From Methanobacteriota archaeon (GTDB lineage: Archaea; JAADCQ01; Methanopyri; Methanopyrales; Methanopyraceae), in contig JAMOPO010000027.1 in the NCBI GenBank assembly GCA_027064425.1, forward strand, positions 64,001 to 128,000: a stretch of DNA of 64,000 nt, written 5' to 3'. This document shows, in pieces, positions 1 through 11,463 of this stretch. The notes under the pieces are model-generated. The model was given only the letters and a program-made list of their open reading frames with translations, was not told the origin of the DNA and ran no database searches. Position 1 is the stretch's first letter. Every line of letters starts with the position of its first letter. The position numbers and the translations under genes are program-made.

Positions 1-61
1 GGAGCCTTAGGAGCTCTCCGCCCGTGTAACCGGAGGCGCCGACCACGCCCACGACGACCAC
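1..61 (-). CDS. argC: N-acetyl-gamma-glutamyl-phosphate reductase, 5' end only (runs off window)
   Basis: Manual translation from GTG at 61: MVVVGVVGASGYTGGELLRL, the ArgC N-terminal GASGYxGxELxRL signature; G-rich RBS upstream. Confidence 0.85.
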   Translation of the reverse strand, partial: MVVVGVVGASGYTGGELLRL

Positions 62-75
62 GGGGTGCCGCCCCC

Positions 76-777
76 TTGGGCGACCCTTTGGTGGAGATCG
101 TCGGGGAGATTCGCCGTGATCTGGGCTTTAAGGAGTCCGAGGATCGGCTGGCCGCGGCGCTGATGTGCGAGCTGTTGTCGGGTCGGGGACTGGATCTGAG
201 GGACGTCCCGGTCGCCCGGGAGGTGGTCGTGGTCGGGGCCGGACCGTCCGTCCGCAGGCTGCCGGAGGTTCGAGAGGAGCTTGAGGACCGGGTCGTTTAC
301 GCCGCGGACGGCGCGTGTGAGGCGCTGCTCCGGGCGGGCATCGTCCCGGACGTGGTGGTCACGGACCTAGACGGCCGGGTGGAGTTCCTGCTGATGGCCG
401 TGCGGGCGGGCGCGGTACCCGTCGTGCACGCGCACGGGGACAACGTGGACCGGCTGGCGCGGTGGGTCCCGGTGCTGGCGGATGAGGGAGTGCTCGGGAC
501 CTGCCAGGTGGACCCGCCGTGCCCGGAGCTCGTGAATCCGGGCGGGTTCACGGACGGGGATCGCGCGGTGGTGCTGGCGGCCAGGCGCGGGGCGCGCCGG
601 GTTCTAACCGTGGGGATGGACTTCGGGGAGCTGACGACGGAGTTCTCCAGGCCGGGTGAGGGGCGCGGCGTGTTCCGGGCGGACCCCGTCAAGCGAAGGA
701 AGCTGGAGTGGGGGGAGCGGATCGTGCGGATGGTCCGGGAGCACCTAGGGGTGGAGATCGTCCCGATGGTGGAGTAG
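76..777 (+). CDS. mptE: 6-hydroxymethyl-7,8-dihydropterin pyrophosphokinase (DUF115 family)
   Basis: VVGAGPS, AADGA, VTDLDG, VHAHGDN and GGFTDGDRAV motifs. Confidence 0.85.
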   Translation: MGDPLVEIVGEIRRDLGFKESEDRLAAALMCELLSGRGLDLRDVPVAREVVVVGAGPSVRRLPEVREELEDRVVYAADGACEALLRAGIVPDVVVTDLDGRVEFLLMAVRAGAVPVVHAHGDNVDRLARWVPVLADEGVLGTCQVDPPCPELVNPGGFTDGDRAVVLAARRGARRVLTVGMDFGELTTEFSRPGEGRGVFRADPVKRRKLEWGERIVRMVREHLGVEIVPMVE

Positions 778-834
778 GGGCTCGGCCTCGTGCCGTGTCA
801 TCACCGGTCAGCAGGGGCGCCGGGTCACCTCATC
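778..834 (-). ncRNA. C/D box sRNA candidate overlapping cobB stop codon
   Basis: Minus strand: degenerate C GAGGTGA (831-825), 13-nt guide, D' CTGA (811-808), C' GTGATGA (804-798), guide CACGGCACGAGG, D CCGA (785-782); guide complementary to conserved archaeal 16S CUCGUGCCGUG. Confidence 0.7.
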
Positions 835-1580
835 GCACGGATCTCTTCCCACAGCCTGCGCATCGCCGGCGCGGCGCGCTCGCGGATGCACACGTGCATG
901 TGGTGGGACAGCTGGGTCTCGGAGGGGTTGATCTCGATCAGCCTGGCCCCGTGCTGCCGGGCGATCACGGGCAGGTCGGCGGCGGGCCGAACCTCCCCGG
1001 AGGTGCCGATCACGAGCATCACGTCGCAACCTCGAGCCAGCTCCTCAGCCTCGACGAGGGCGTCCGGTGGGAGGGGCTCGCCGAACCAGACGACCCCGGG
1101 CCGCAGCAGCTCGCCGCACTCGGGGCACCGGGGAGGGAGCTCGTCGTACTCGAGCCCCTCTCCACGTTCCGGGTCGTTCATCCGCTCGTAGTCGCAGTCG
1201 ATGCACTCATCGCGCCAGATGTTCCCGTGCAGCTCGATGACGCGCTCGGAGCCGGCGCGCTGGTGCAGCCCGTCAACGTTCTGGGTGATCACGGCCTCCA
1301 GAAGGCCTTCCTCTTCCATCCTAGCGAGGATCCGGTGCGCGTCATTGGGCTCCGCCTCGGCGATCTTCTTCCGGCGCCAGAGGTACCATTTCCAAACTTT
1401 CTCGGGATCCTTGGCGAACGCCTCCGGGGTGGCGAGCTCGCGGGGATCGTAGCGGTTCCAGAGCCCGTCCTTGCCGCGGAAGGTGGGGATGCCGGAGTCG
1501 GCGGAGGCCCCGGCTCCGGTCAGGGCGACGACGGTCTCGGCGTCCAGGATGAGCTCCGCGGCGCGCTCCAGCTCACTCAT
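825..1580 (-). CDS. cobB: NAD-dependent protein deacylase, Sir2 family
   Basis: [29 protein letters not shown], Zn-binding CxxC pairs, [14 protein letters not shown]. Confidence 0.95.
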   Translation of the reverse strand: MSELERAAELILDAETVVALTGAGASADSGIPTFRGKDGLWNRYDPRELATPEAFAKDPEKVWKWYLWRRKKIAEAEPNDAHRILARMEEEGLLEAVITQNVDGLHQRAGSERVIELHGNIWRDECIDCDYERMNDPERGEGLEYDELPPRCPECGELLRPGVVWFGEPLPPDALVEAEELARGCDVMLVIGTSGEVRPAADLPVIARQHGARLIEINPSETQLSHHMHVCIRERAAPAMRRLWEEIRAMR

Positions 1581-3096
1581 TTTGCTCCTTCCTCCGCTGC
1601 TTCTTCCACTCCTCCAGCGGGACGCCGAACTTCCGCTCGACCTCCTCCCGGTGGATGGTGTTGTAGGCGCAGAACGGGATGATCCGGCCGTCCGGGGTGG
1701 CGTAGTGGATCACGCAGCGCCGCACCCGGTCGACCTGGAAGTTGTACGGGTCCATGAAGTGCATGCAACCGAGTAGGAACGCGTTCCAGTGGTACTCGGA
1801 GAGGGCGTCGTACGTTCCCTTGGTGACCACGTCCACGACCAGACGCGCCAGGCGCTTCTTGCCGGTGATTCCCTTGAAGATCCGGCGGAGGTTCTTGGCG
1901 ATGATCCAGGTTGCCTTGGCCTTGTCCCGCGTCCGCTCCAGGCTGCCAATCTTCCTTGCGACCTTCTCGAGCGTGTCGAGGAAGGCGTCCGGGTCGACGT
2001 AGTCGGTGATCGGCCGGTACCAGTCGTCCTCCTCGATGAGGTAAGTGGCGACGCCGCAGATTGGGTGGGCGGAGAACTCGGGCTTGGGCTCACCGTGCAG
2101 GCGGCCGATCAGGTGCGCGATCTTGGCGGCGACGGGGACGGGGTAGAAGCTGTCGGCGGGGATCCTGCCATCGGTCTGCTCCTCGACGAGCTTGACGAAG
2201 TCTGGGATGGTGATCCGCATCCGCTCGCGCTCCTCTTTCGGCGTCCGGCCGGTGAAGGAGATGGGCTGAACGTTGATCCCGCGGATGACCTCGTACTCGC
2301 GGGCGAAGTCGAGCATGGGTCGGATCTGGTCGTCGTTCACGCCGCGGGCGAGGGTGGGGACGAGGACGGTGGAGAGCCCCACGCGCTCGAGAACCTTGAT
2401 CGCCTCCTTCTTGAGCTCCAGGACCTTCCGGCTGCCGCGCACCTCCTCGTAGATCTCGGGCTTGAGCCCGTCGAACTGCAGGTACACGACGTTGAGCCCG
2501 GCCTCGTGCAGGTCCTCGGCGAGCTCGGGGTTGCGCGCGAACTCGATCCCGTTGGTCGCGATCTGGACGTGGAAGCCGCGCTCGTCGGCCGCCGCGATGA
2601 TCTCGTGGATGTCGTCTCGAACGAGCGGCTCGCCGCCCGCAAACTGGACGGCCGGGGTCTTCACGGGGCGCTCGGAGCGGAGCAGGTCGAGCATCTCCTC
2701 GATCTGCTCGAGGCTGGGCTCGTAAACGTACCCCTTCGCCTCGGCGTTGGCGAAGCAGACCGGACAGTTCAGGTTGCAGCGGTTGGTCACGTCGATGATG
2801 CCGAGGGCGGTCGTGCTGAGGTGACGGTCGCAGAGGCCGCAGCTGCGGGGACAGCCCTCGGAGCACTCCGTCTGCGGGTTCTCGATCCCGGGCCCCTTAT
2901 GCTCGTACTTCATGGCGCGCTCGAACATCTCCACGTCGGACCACACCACCTCCCGGAACTCGCCGTGCTCGGGGCACTTCTTAACTATCTCAACCTCACC
3001 GTTCCCGGTGCGCACCAGCCGGGCCGGAACGATTTCAAGGCACTCCGGGCAGAGGCTCTCGGTCTCGTACAGCACCTCGTTATTCTCGGTGGTCAC
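1573..3096 (-). CDS. tes: Tetraether lipid synthase (radical SAM, MJ0619/GDGT-MAS family)
   Basis: N-terminal [28 protein letters not shown] radical SAM motif, C-terminal [34 protein letters not shown]; start placed at GTG 3096 after GGGGGTG RBS. Confidence 0.88.
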   Translation of the reverse strand: MTTENNEVLYETESLCPECLEIVPARLVRTGNGEVEIVKKCPEHGEFREVVWSDVEMFERAMKYEHKGPGIENPQTECSEGCPRSCGLCDRHLSTTALGIIDVTNRCNLNCPVCFANAEAKGYVYEPSLEQIEEMLDLLRSERPVKTPAVQFAGGEPLVRDDIHEIIAAADERGFHVQIATNGIEFARNPELAEDLHEAGLNVVYLQFDGLKPEIYEEVRGSRKVLELKKEAIKVLERVGLSTVLVPTLARGVNDDQIRPMLDFAREYEVIRGINVQPISFTGRTPKEERERMRITIPDFVKLVEEQTDGRIPADSFYPVPVAAKIAHLIGRLHGEPKPEFSAHPICGVATYLIEEDDWYRPITDYVDPDAFLDTLEKVARKIGSLERTRDKAKATWIIAKNLRRIFKGITGKKRLARLVVDVVTKGTYDALSEYHWNAFLLGCMHFMDPYNFQVDRVRRCVIHYATPDGRIIPFCAYNTIHREEVERKFGVPLEEWKKQRRKEQNE

Positions 3097-3124
3097 CAGT
3101 GCACCCCCGGAAGGGGATGGTGGA

Positions 3125-3640
3125 ATGGACGTGGGTGTGACCGTAATCGAAGTCGCTCGAGGGGTGTGGTTCATACTGCCCGCCTACATCGCCAACCTTA
3201 GCGCTTGCCTGTTCGGGGGCGGTACCCCGCTGGATTTTGGTAAAAAGCTTTCCGACGGGCGACGCCTGCTGGGCGACGGCGTAACCGTTCGCGGGTTCTG
3301 CGTGGGGGTGCTGGCGGGGGCGCTGACGGGGCTTGCGGAGGGTATCGCCAGCGGGAACCCCTCCAGGTGGCTGGAGGGAGCCGTCCTGGGCTTCGGGGCG
3401 ATGGCGGGTGACGCGGCGGGAAGCTTCATCAAGCGGCGGCTCGGGCTCGAGCGGGGGGCACCGGCCCCGGTCCTGGACCAGCTGGACTTCTTCGCGGGCG
3501 CCCTCCTCGCTTACTACCTGGTCTACGGGCAGGCCCTCACCGCGAAGATGATCGCGGTGCTGGCGGGGCTAACGCTCTTCCTGCACTGGCTGACCAACGC
3601 CCTCGGCTACCTGTTGAAGCTGAAGGAGGTGCCGTGGTGA
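3125..3640 (+). CDS. carS: CDP-archaeol synthase (DUF46)
   Basis: LPAYIAN, PLDFGK..DGRRLLGDG, GDxxGSFIKRRLG, PVLDQLDF, LKEVPW; ATG 3125 chosen. Confidence 0.9.
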   Translation: MDVGVTVIEVARGVWFILPAYIANLSACLFGGGTPLDFGKKLSDGRRLLGDGVTVRGFCVGVLAGALTGLAEGIASGNPSRWLEGAVLGFGAMAGDAAGSFIKRRLGLERGAPAPVLDQLDFFAGALLAYYLVYGQALTAKMIAVLAGLTLFLHWLTNALGYLLKLKEVPW

Positions 3641-4185
3641 TGGAGCGGGAGCGGCTCGTAAGGATGCTCCTGGACGCTGGGGCGCTGAAGTTTGGGAACT
3701 TCGTTCTCTCCTCCGGGCGCCGCAGCGATTACTACGTCGACATCAAGGAGGCGTGCACGCACCCGGAGGTGCTGGACGCGCTGACGGACGCGCTGGCGGA
3801 GATCCTACCCGACGGCGAGGTGGTAGCGGGACCGGAGCTGGGTGCGGTACCGCTCGTCTCGGTCCTGGCGGTTAAGACGGGTCGGGAGATGGCCATCATC
3901 CGGAAGAGACGGAAGGAGTACGGCCGGGAGGAGAGGATCGTAGGCGACGTGGAGGGTCGGCGGGTGATCCTCGTGGACGACGTGGCAACGACGGGCGGGT
4001 CCCTGCTCGAGGCGGCGGAGGCTGTCGAGGAGGCGGGCGGCGAGGTGCGGGACGCGGTCGTCGTCGTGGACCGGCGCGAGGGGGCGGAGGAAGCGCTTAA
4101 AGAGCGTGGAATCAGGCTGAGGAGCGTGCTGACGGCCGACGAGCTGCGGGGGGCGGCGGAGCGTGAAGGTGATGATCGTGGGTAG
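3640..4185 (+). CDS. pyrE: Orotate phosphoribosyltransferase
   Basis: FVLSSGRRSDYYVD, ILVDDVATTGGS PRPP motif; TGATG overlap with carS. Confidence 0.95.
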   Translation: MERERLVRMLLDAGALKFGNFVLSSGRRSDYYVDIKEACTHPEVLDALTDALAEILPDGEVVAGPELGAVPLVSVLAVKTGREMAIIRKRRKEYGREERIVGDVEGRRVILVDDVATTGGSLLEAAEAVEEAGGEVRDAVVVVDRREGAEEALKERGIRLRSVLTADELRGAAEREGDDRG

Positions 4186-5514
4186 CGGGGCCCGGGAGCA
4201 CGCGATCGCGGAGGCGCTGTGCGGGGCCCCGGACGAGGACGTGGAGTTGTACGCGTTCATGGGGAACCGTAACCCTGGGCTGATCCGCCTCTCCGAGGAC
4301 TACGAGGTGGGTGACCCGACGGACGTCGACGCGGTGGCCAAGGCGGCGGCTAGGTGGGACGTCGACCTGGCGGTGGTCGGCCCCGAGGACCCGCTGGCCG
4401 AGGGCGTCGCCGACCGCCTGGAGGAGGAGGGCGTCCCGACGTTCGGTCCCAAGCGCGACCCGGCGCGGATCGAGTGGGACAAGGGTTTCGCGCGCCGGCT
4501 GATGAAGAAGTACGGGATCGAGGGTTACCCGGAGTTCGGGGTGTTTGAGGACCCGGACGAGGCCTGCGACTTCATCGACGAGCTGGGCAAGCCGGTGGCT
4601 GTGAAGCCGGCCGGCCTCACGGGCGGTAAGGGCGTCAAGGTGGTGGGTGATCAGCTGAAAAACCTGGAGGAGGCGAAGGAGTACGTCCGCGAGATCTTCG
4701 AGAAAGAGATCGGCGGCATCCCGAAGGTGGTGATCGAGGAGCGGTGCGTGGGCGAGGAGTACACCATCCAGGTGTACACGGACGGTCGGAAGGTGCTCCC
4801 GACGCCCGCCGTGCAGGACCATCCGCACGCCTACGAGGGGGATGAGGGGCCGATCACCGGAGGTATGGGCTCGTACTCCTGCCCGGATGGACTGTTACCG
4901 TTCCTGTCGAGGAAGGAGTACAAGGAGTCCATCCGCATCCTGGAGGAGGCCGTCGAGGCGATTCGGAAGGAGACGGGCGAGCCGTATCGGGGCGTCCTTT
5001 ACGGTCAGTTCATGCTGACGGCGGACGGGCCGGTGCTGATCGAGTTCAACTGCCGGTACGGAGACCCGGAGGCGATGAACATCCTGCCGATCGCGGAGGG
5101 CGACCTGGTCACCCTGCACGCCTCGATCGCGGAGGGCTCGATGGAGGGCGACGTCGAGTTCCTGGAGCGTGCCACGGTGTGCAAGTACGTGGTGCCGGAG
5201 GGCTACCCGGAGTCCTCGGAGGGTGAGGGCGAGCCGATCGAGGTGGACGAGGAGTGCATCCACCGGCTCGACGCCATCCCGTACTACGCGTCCGTGAACC
5301 TGGAGGAGGACGGCACGATCACGATGACCTCCTCGCGGGCGGTCGCGATCGTGGGTATCGGGGAGCGGCTGGAGGAGGCCGAGGAGGCCGCGGAGCGTGC
5401 GATCCGCGAGTGCGTGAGCGGTGAGAAGATCAGGCACCGGTCGGACATCGGCAAGCCCGAGACGGTAAGAGAGAAGGTCCGCCGGATGGAGCGGATCCGG
5501 GGGCGGGGCGGGTC

Positions 5515-5518
<4 letters not shown>
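4163..5518 (+). CDS. purD: Phosphoribosylamine--glycine ligase
   Basis: GSGAREHA, VGPEDPL, GKGVKV, GPITGGMGSY, EFNCRYGDPE. Confidence 0.96.
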
Positions 5519-7415
<1,897 letters not shown>

Positions 7416-7434
7416 GCGGCGAGGAGGTGTCCCG

Positions 7435-8832
7435 TTGAGCCGAGAGGAGCTGGTCGCCTACCTGACGGTGGCGCTCACGACCGCGTTCCTCATGTTCACC
7501 GCCCCCACGCTGATGAACTGGTACGACGTCCACTACTTCGAGCAGTGGTTTCGCGCCGCGGCGGCGCATGGGATCCTCAAGGTCTACTCGGTGTGCGAGA
7601 AGGTCCACTACCCGCCTCTGGCCGTGATATACTACGTCGCGGTGCGGGACCTCGTGCACGTCCTGCGCCTGGACACCGACCCCTGGACGTTCCAGTTCTC
7701 CATGAAGGTGCCTTTAGCTCTCTGCTACCTCTTCACCTCGCTGATAATCGTCTGGAGGTTCAAGTGGCCCGTCGCCCAGTGGGGAATCGTGTCGATACCC
7801 ATGGGACTGGTGATTTGGGGGTACCAGTTCGACACCATCATCGCGTTCCTGATGGCTCTATCCGCCGTAAGCGTCCTCGAGAGCAGGCCGGTCGCGGCGG
7901 GCGCGCTCCTGGCCCTGGCCACGAGCTTCAAGTACGTGCCCGCGGTGATGGCGGTCCCGATGGCCCTGGTACTGCGTGCCAGGGGCGGAAGTGTCCAGTC
8001 AACGAGGTTCCTCGCGGCCTTCGCTGGGCTGACCGCCGCCCTCTGGCTGCCGTTCTTCCTCGAGGATCCGGGGGCTTTCTGGCGGCAAGTGTTCCTGTTC
8101 CACATGCTCAGACTGCCGCAGGATCTGACTCCGTTCTACCTGCCATTGGTACTGTCCAGGTGGCACGTTCACCCATGGTTCTTCCTCCTTGGGAAGGTGT
8201 CCGGGGCGATCATGGTCGCGGGATTCGCCGTGATCGCCTGGTGGATGTGGAACAGGCGCGATGGGGTCATCAAAACGCTGATCGACAGGGTAGGGCCCAA
8301 GTTCGCCCTGTGGGGAACCTGCGCTCTGCTTGCCGCCTGGTTCGCCCTAACGACCAAGGTCGGCAACCCGTACTATCTGGCCTGGGTTTACCTCTGGGTG
8401 TTTCCGTTCGCTGGTTGGCTCATACCCGCGTGGCGGGTGGGGCTGATGAACTCGATACCGTTCCTGTTCACCGTTAACAGACTGCCTGCCCCCGTGCTCA
8501 ACGAGAAGGTGTTCGTGGTGGAGGACCTGCGGTGGTACCCCGCCCTCAGCCTGCTCGGGTTCTCGTCCCCCCACGTGCTCGAGAAGGCTCACCAGCTGCG
8601 GAAGGCAGCGCCCAAGCTCATGTGGGTCTGGTACAACCACATGCACCTGACCGAGGCGGCGCTGGTGGCCTGCTACACCATGGTGACCGCCTGGAACCTG
8701 ATCGACATTCTTAGGTGGGTGCGCGATCCGAGAGAGCCGAACGAGCGGCCCGACAACCGACCGATACACCCACTGCTGGTGGCCTTCACGCTGCCCGGGT
8801 TCGCGTTCGCCCTCTACCTGGCGTGGCCTTAG
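7435..8832 (+). CDS. Multi-pass membrane protein, probable GT-C fold glycosyltransferase (GT87/DUF2029-like)
   Basis: Many TM segments; YPPL, QFD and A..FKYVP motifs typical of lipid-donor glycosyltransferases. Confidence 0.6.
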   Translation: MSREELVAYLTVALTTAFLMFTAPTLMNWYDVHYFEQWFRAAAAHGILKVYSVCEKVHYPPLAVIYYVAVRDLVHVLRLDTDPWTFQFSMKVPLALCYLFTSLIIVWRFKWPVAQWGIVSIPMGLVIWGYQFDTIIAFLMALSAVSVLESRPVAAGALLALATSFKYVPAVMAVPMALVLRARGGSVQSTRFLAAFAGLTAALWLPFFLEDPGAFWRQVFLFHMLRLPQDLTPFYLPLVLSRWHVHPWFFLLGKVSGAIMVAGFAVIAWWMWNRRDGVIKTLIDRVGPKFALWGTCALLAAWFALTTKVGNPYYLAWVYLWVFPFAGWLIPAWRVGLMNSIPFLFTVNRLPAPVLNEKVFVVEDLRWYPALSLLGFSSPHVLEKAHQLRKAAPKLMWVWYNHMHLTEAALVACYTMVTAWNLIDILRWVRDPREPNERPDNRPIHPLLVAFTLPGFAFALYLAWP

Positions 8833-10073
8833 GCCCGCTCCACGGTGCAGAAGATGACCTTGAGATACTGGGTGTCCGGGTTGCCGGGGACGACGGGGTG
8901 GCACGGAGGCTGCCCGCGGATGGGCCCGAGCATCCGGAGCCGCAGCCCGCGGCGCCGGGCCGCCTCGGACACGACCCGGATGAAGTCGTCCGGCTCGAGG
9001 AAGTGGCTGCAGGAGCAGGTGACGAACAACCCGCCCTCCTTAACCAGCCCCAGGGCCTTGTAATTCACGTCGAAGTAGGCCCGCTTGCCCCGCTCGATGT
9101 GGTCCCGGGACGTGATGAAGGCGGGCGGGTCAAGGATCACCACGTCGAACTGCTCGTCGCGCCTCTCAAGCTTCTCGAGCAGGGAGAACGCGTCTCCTAC
9201 CAGGAACTTGACCCGGTCCCGGACGTCGTTCAGTGTGGCGTTCTCGTACGCGGCCTGCACGATCCGGTCGAACTTCTCGATCCCGACGACCTCCTCAGCG
9301 CCTCCCACGGCCGCGTGGATGGCGAAGCAGCCCACGTAGGAGAACACGTCCAGCACGCGGTCGCCCTCCTCTACGAGCCGCTGCACCTCGCCGCGGTTGT
9401 CCACCTGGTCGATGTAAAATCCGGTCTTCTGACCTCGCTCGGCGTCCACGTAGAACCGCACGTCGTACTCCGTAACGATCGTGCAGGACTTCTCCTCGCC
9501 GGCGACGGGCCGTTTTCGAACCTCCATCCCCAGCTGGCGGCGCTTCCGGGAGTCGTTTTTCTCGTACAGCGTTTCGACGTCCAGGATCTCCAGCAGCTCC
9601 TCGGCGTGCCGGAGGACGATCTTCTCCATTGCGGGACACGTCGTTTGGAACACGGCCATATCGTTGAACTTGTCGATGATCAGGCCGGGGAGGGCGTCCG
9701 CCTCCGAGAACACGACTCGCATGTGGTTCCGGTGCCGGTCCACGCGCCAGCGTTTCCGCTCCCGGTACCGCTCTCGGATCCGCTCCAGCACGATCTCTTC
9801 GGGGGAGCGGTCCGGGTACTCCCCCTCGGAGTCGAAGATCCGGGCGATGATGCCGGGAGAGCGGCCGCTGCGGATGTCCCGATCCGAGGCCTGGGCGAAG
9901 GCGTGGCCCAGAAACTCCCCGCTACCCGTCTCGATGCGGACGATGTCTCCAGCCTGAAACCTGCCCCTAATCCTTCGGACCGCCGGGGCGAAGACGGACA
10001 GGGCGCCCGACTTGATGGCCTCCCGGGCGCGCTTATCGACGACGATGGTGGGCAGCCGGCTCGTGCTCGTGAT
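8829..10073 (-). CDS. PUA-domain class I SAM-dependent rRNA m5C methyltransferase (RlmI/YccW-like)
   Basis: SEADALPGLIIDKF, GQKTGFYIDQ, LDVFSYVG, ILDPPAF, CSCS; the frame continues upstream of the ORF-track start through a PUA-like domain (KSGALSVFAPAV..GDIVRIETGSGEFLGHAF) with no ATG/GTG/TTG; start tentatively ATC 10073. Confidence 0.85.
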   Translation of the reverse strand: MTSTSRLPTIVVDKRAREAIKSGALSVFAPAVRRIRGRFQAGDIVRIETGSGEFLGHAFAQASDRDIRSGRSPGIIARIFDSEGEYPDRSPEEIVLERIRERYRERKRWRVDRHRNHMRVVFSEADALPGLIIDKFNDMAVFQTTCPAMEKIVLRHAEELLEILDVETLYEKNDSRKRRQLGMEVRKRPVAGEEKSCTIVTEYDVRFYVDAERGQKTGFYIDQVDNRGEVQRLVEEGDRVLDVFSYVGCFAIHAAVGGAEEVVGIEKFDRIVQAAYENATLNDVRDRVKFLVGDAFSLLEKLERRDEQFDVVILDPPAFITSRDHIERGKRAYFDVNYKALGLVKEGGLFVTCSCSHFLEPDDFIRVVSEAARRRGLRLRMLGPIRGQPPCHPVVPGNPDTQYLKVIFCTVERA

Positions 10074-10089
10074 GGTCGCGAGTCCCCCG

Positions 10090-10779
10090 TTACCTGGCGT
10101 ACCTCGTTGGGTCCTTCACACCCGCCTCCCGGAAGGCGCGCCGTCGGTGGTAACAGGACTCGCACTCACCGCAGTGGACGGGCCGGCCATCCTCCCACTC
10201 CGGGTTGTAACAGCTCACGGAGTGTTCCATGGGGGCGTCGAGCTCGTCCCCGAGCTTAACGATACCGGGCTTGTCCAGGTCCGCGAGCGGGCTGTGGAGC
10301 TCGGGCTCTGAGGGGAGCCCGGCCTTCAGGGCCTCGGCCGCGGCCTCGGCGAACTCCTTCGCGTTGTCGGGGAACCGCTCCGCCTCCTCCGCGTTGATCC
10401 CCCAAACGATGTGGAACTCGTCGTCCTCACCCTCCAGGTAGAGCTGGTCGCACAGGGCCGCGGCCACTCCGAGTAGGTTCCAGTTCCTGGCGGGGAGCCA
10501 GTTGGCGGAGAGATCCTCCGGGCCGGCCTCCCGGGGTAGACCGCCGACGAAGAGGGGGTTGTCGGGGCAGAGGCGACGGAGCCAGAACGTTCCGAGCGCC
10601 CGGAACTCAGCGCCGACCGCGTCCGCGATCTTTTCGGCCGCGCGCCGCTCGATGGGGGCGTTCCGCTGGCCGTAGTCAACGAAGAGGCAGATCACCCGGC
10701 CGCTCAACTCCTCGACCGCCCACTTGGAGATGACGCTCGAGTCCAGACCCCCGCCGCAGAGGACGATCGCGGTGGCCAT
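10090..10779 (-). CDS. queC: 7-cyano-7-deazaguanine (preQ0) synthase
   Basis: PP-loop variant CGGGLDS, DYGQR, PARN, SCY..HCGECESC. Confidence 0.88.
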   Translation of the reverse strand: MATAIVLCGGGLDSSVISKWAVEELSGRVICLFVDYGQRNAPIERRAAEKIADAVGAEFRALGTFWLRRLCPDNPLFVGGLPREAGPEDLSANWLPARNWNLLGVAAALCDQLYLEGEDDEFHIVWGINAEEAERFPDNAKEFAEAAAEALKAGLPSEPELHSPLADLDKPGIVKLGDELDAPMEHSVSCYNPEWEDGRPVHCGECESCYHRRRAFREAGVKDPTRYAR

Positions 10780-10791
10780 GCCGGCCCCCTC

Positions 10792-11463
10792 CTAGCCGTA
10801 GAAGGGCCGCTTCTCCTTGGGCACGATCTTGGTCAGGGAGCGAAGGTCGTCCTTGGTGACCTCGAAGTCGTACTTCTTTACGAGCTCGTAAACCTTCCCG
10901 ATGTCCTCCTCGTCCGGTTCCACGACCTTGGCGTTCTTGCCCAGGTCCTCCACCTCGCCCAGGACGTAGATCTCACCGCGGAGCATGCTCTCGCCGGTGT
11001 AGGAGCCGGCGTCTCCGAGCACCACGATCGTGCCACCCATCATGTACATCCCGGTCATGATCTCGACGTCTCCGCCGATGATTACGGTGCCGTTCTTCAT
11101 GATCTGACCGACGCGGGAGCCCGCGTCACCTCGCACGACTACGGTCCCGCCGTACATTCCCTGTCCCACGCCGTCCCCGGCGTGCCCCTCAATGACGATC
11201 TCTCCCTTGGTGACGTTGTCCCCCGGGTACCAGCCGGCGTTGCCCTTCACCAGGATCCGCGGGCCGTGGATCATCGTGCCGACGTAGTACCCGACGCTGC
11301 CCTCGATGATCACCTCCACCTCCTCGACCAGGCCTGCCGCGATGTAGTGCTTCGCGCCCGGGTTCTTCAGGATGATCCGGTCGTAGTCGGGGGCGTAGGT
11401 CTTCAGCGCGCTGTTGATGTCGCGCGGTTCCTTGCCCTTGCAGTCGATCACCTTCTCCTTCAC
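10792..11463 (-). CDS. Glutamate synthase domain 3-like GXGXG repeat protein
   Basis: Repeated GxxGxxxGxxM beta-helix motifs; GTG 11463 overlaps upstream stop (GTGA). Confidence 0.85.
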   Translation of the reverse strand: MKEKVIDCKGKEPRDINSALKTYAPDYDRIILKNPGAKHYIAAGLVEEVEVIIEGSVGYYVGTMIHGPRILVKGNAGWYPGDNVTKGEIVIEGHAGDGVGQGMYGGTVVVRGDAGSRVGQIMKNGTVIIGGDVEIMTGMYMMGGTIVVLGDAGSYTGESMLRGEIYVLGEVEDLGKNAKVVEPDEEDIGKVYELVKKYDFEVTKDDLRSLTKIVPKEKRPFYG

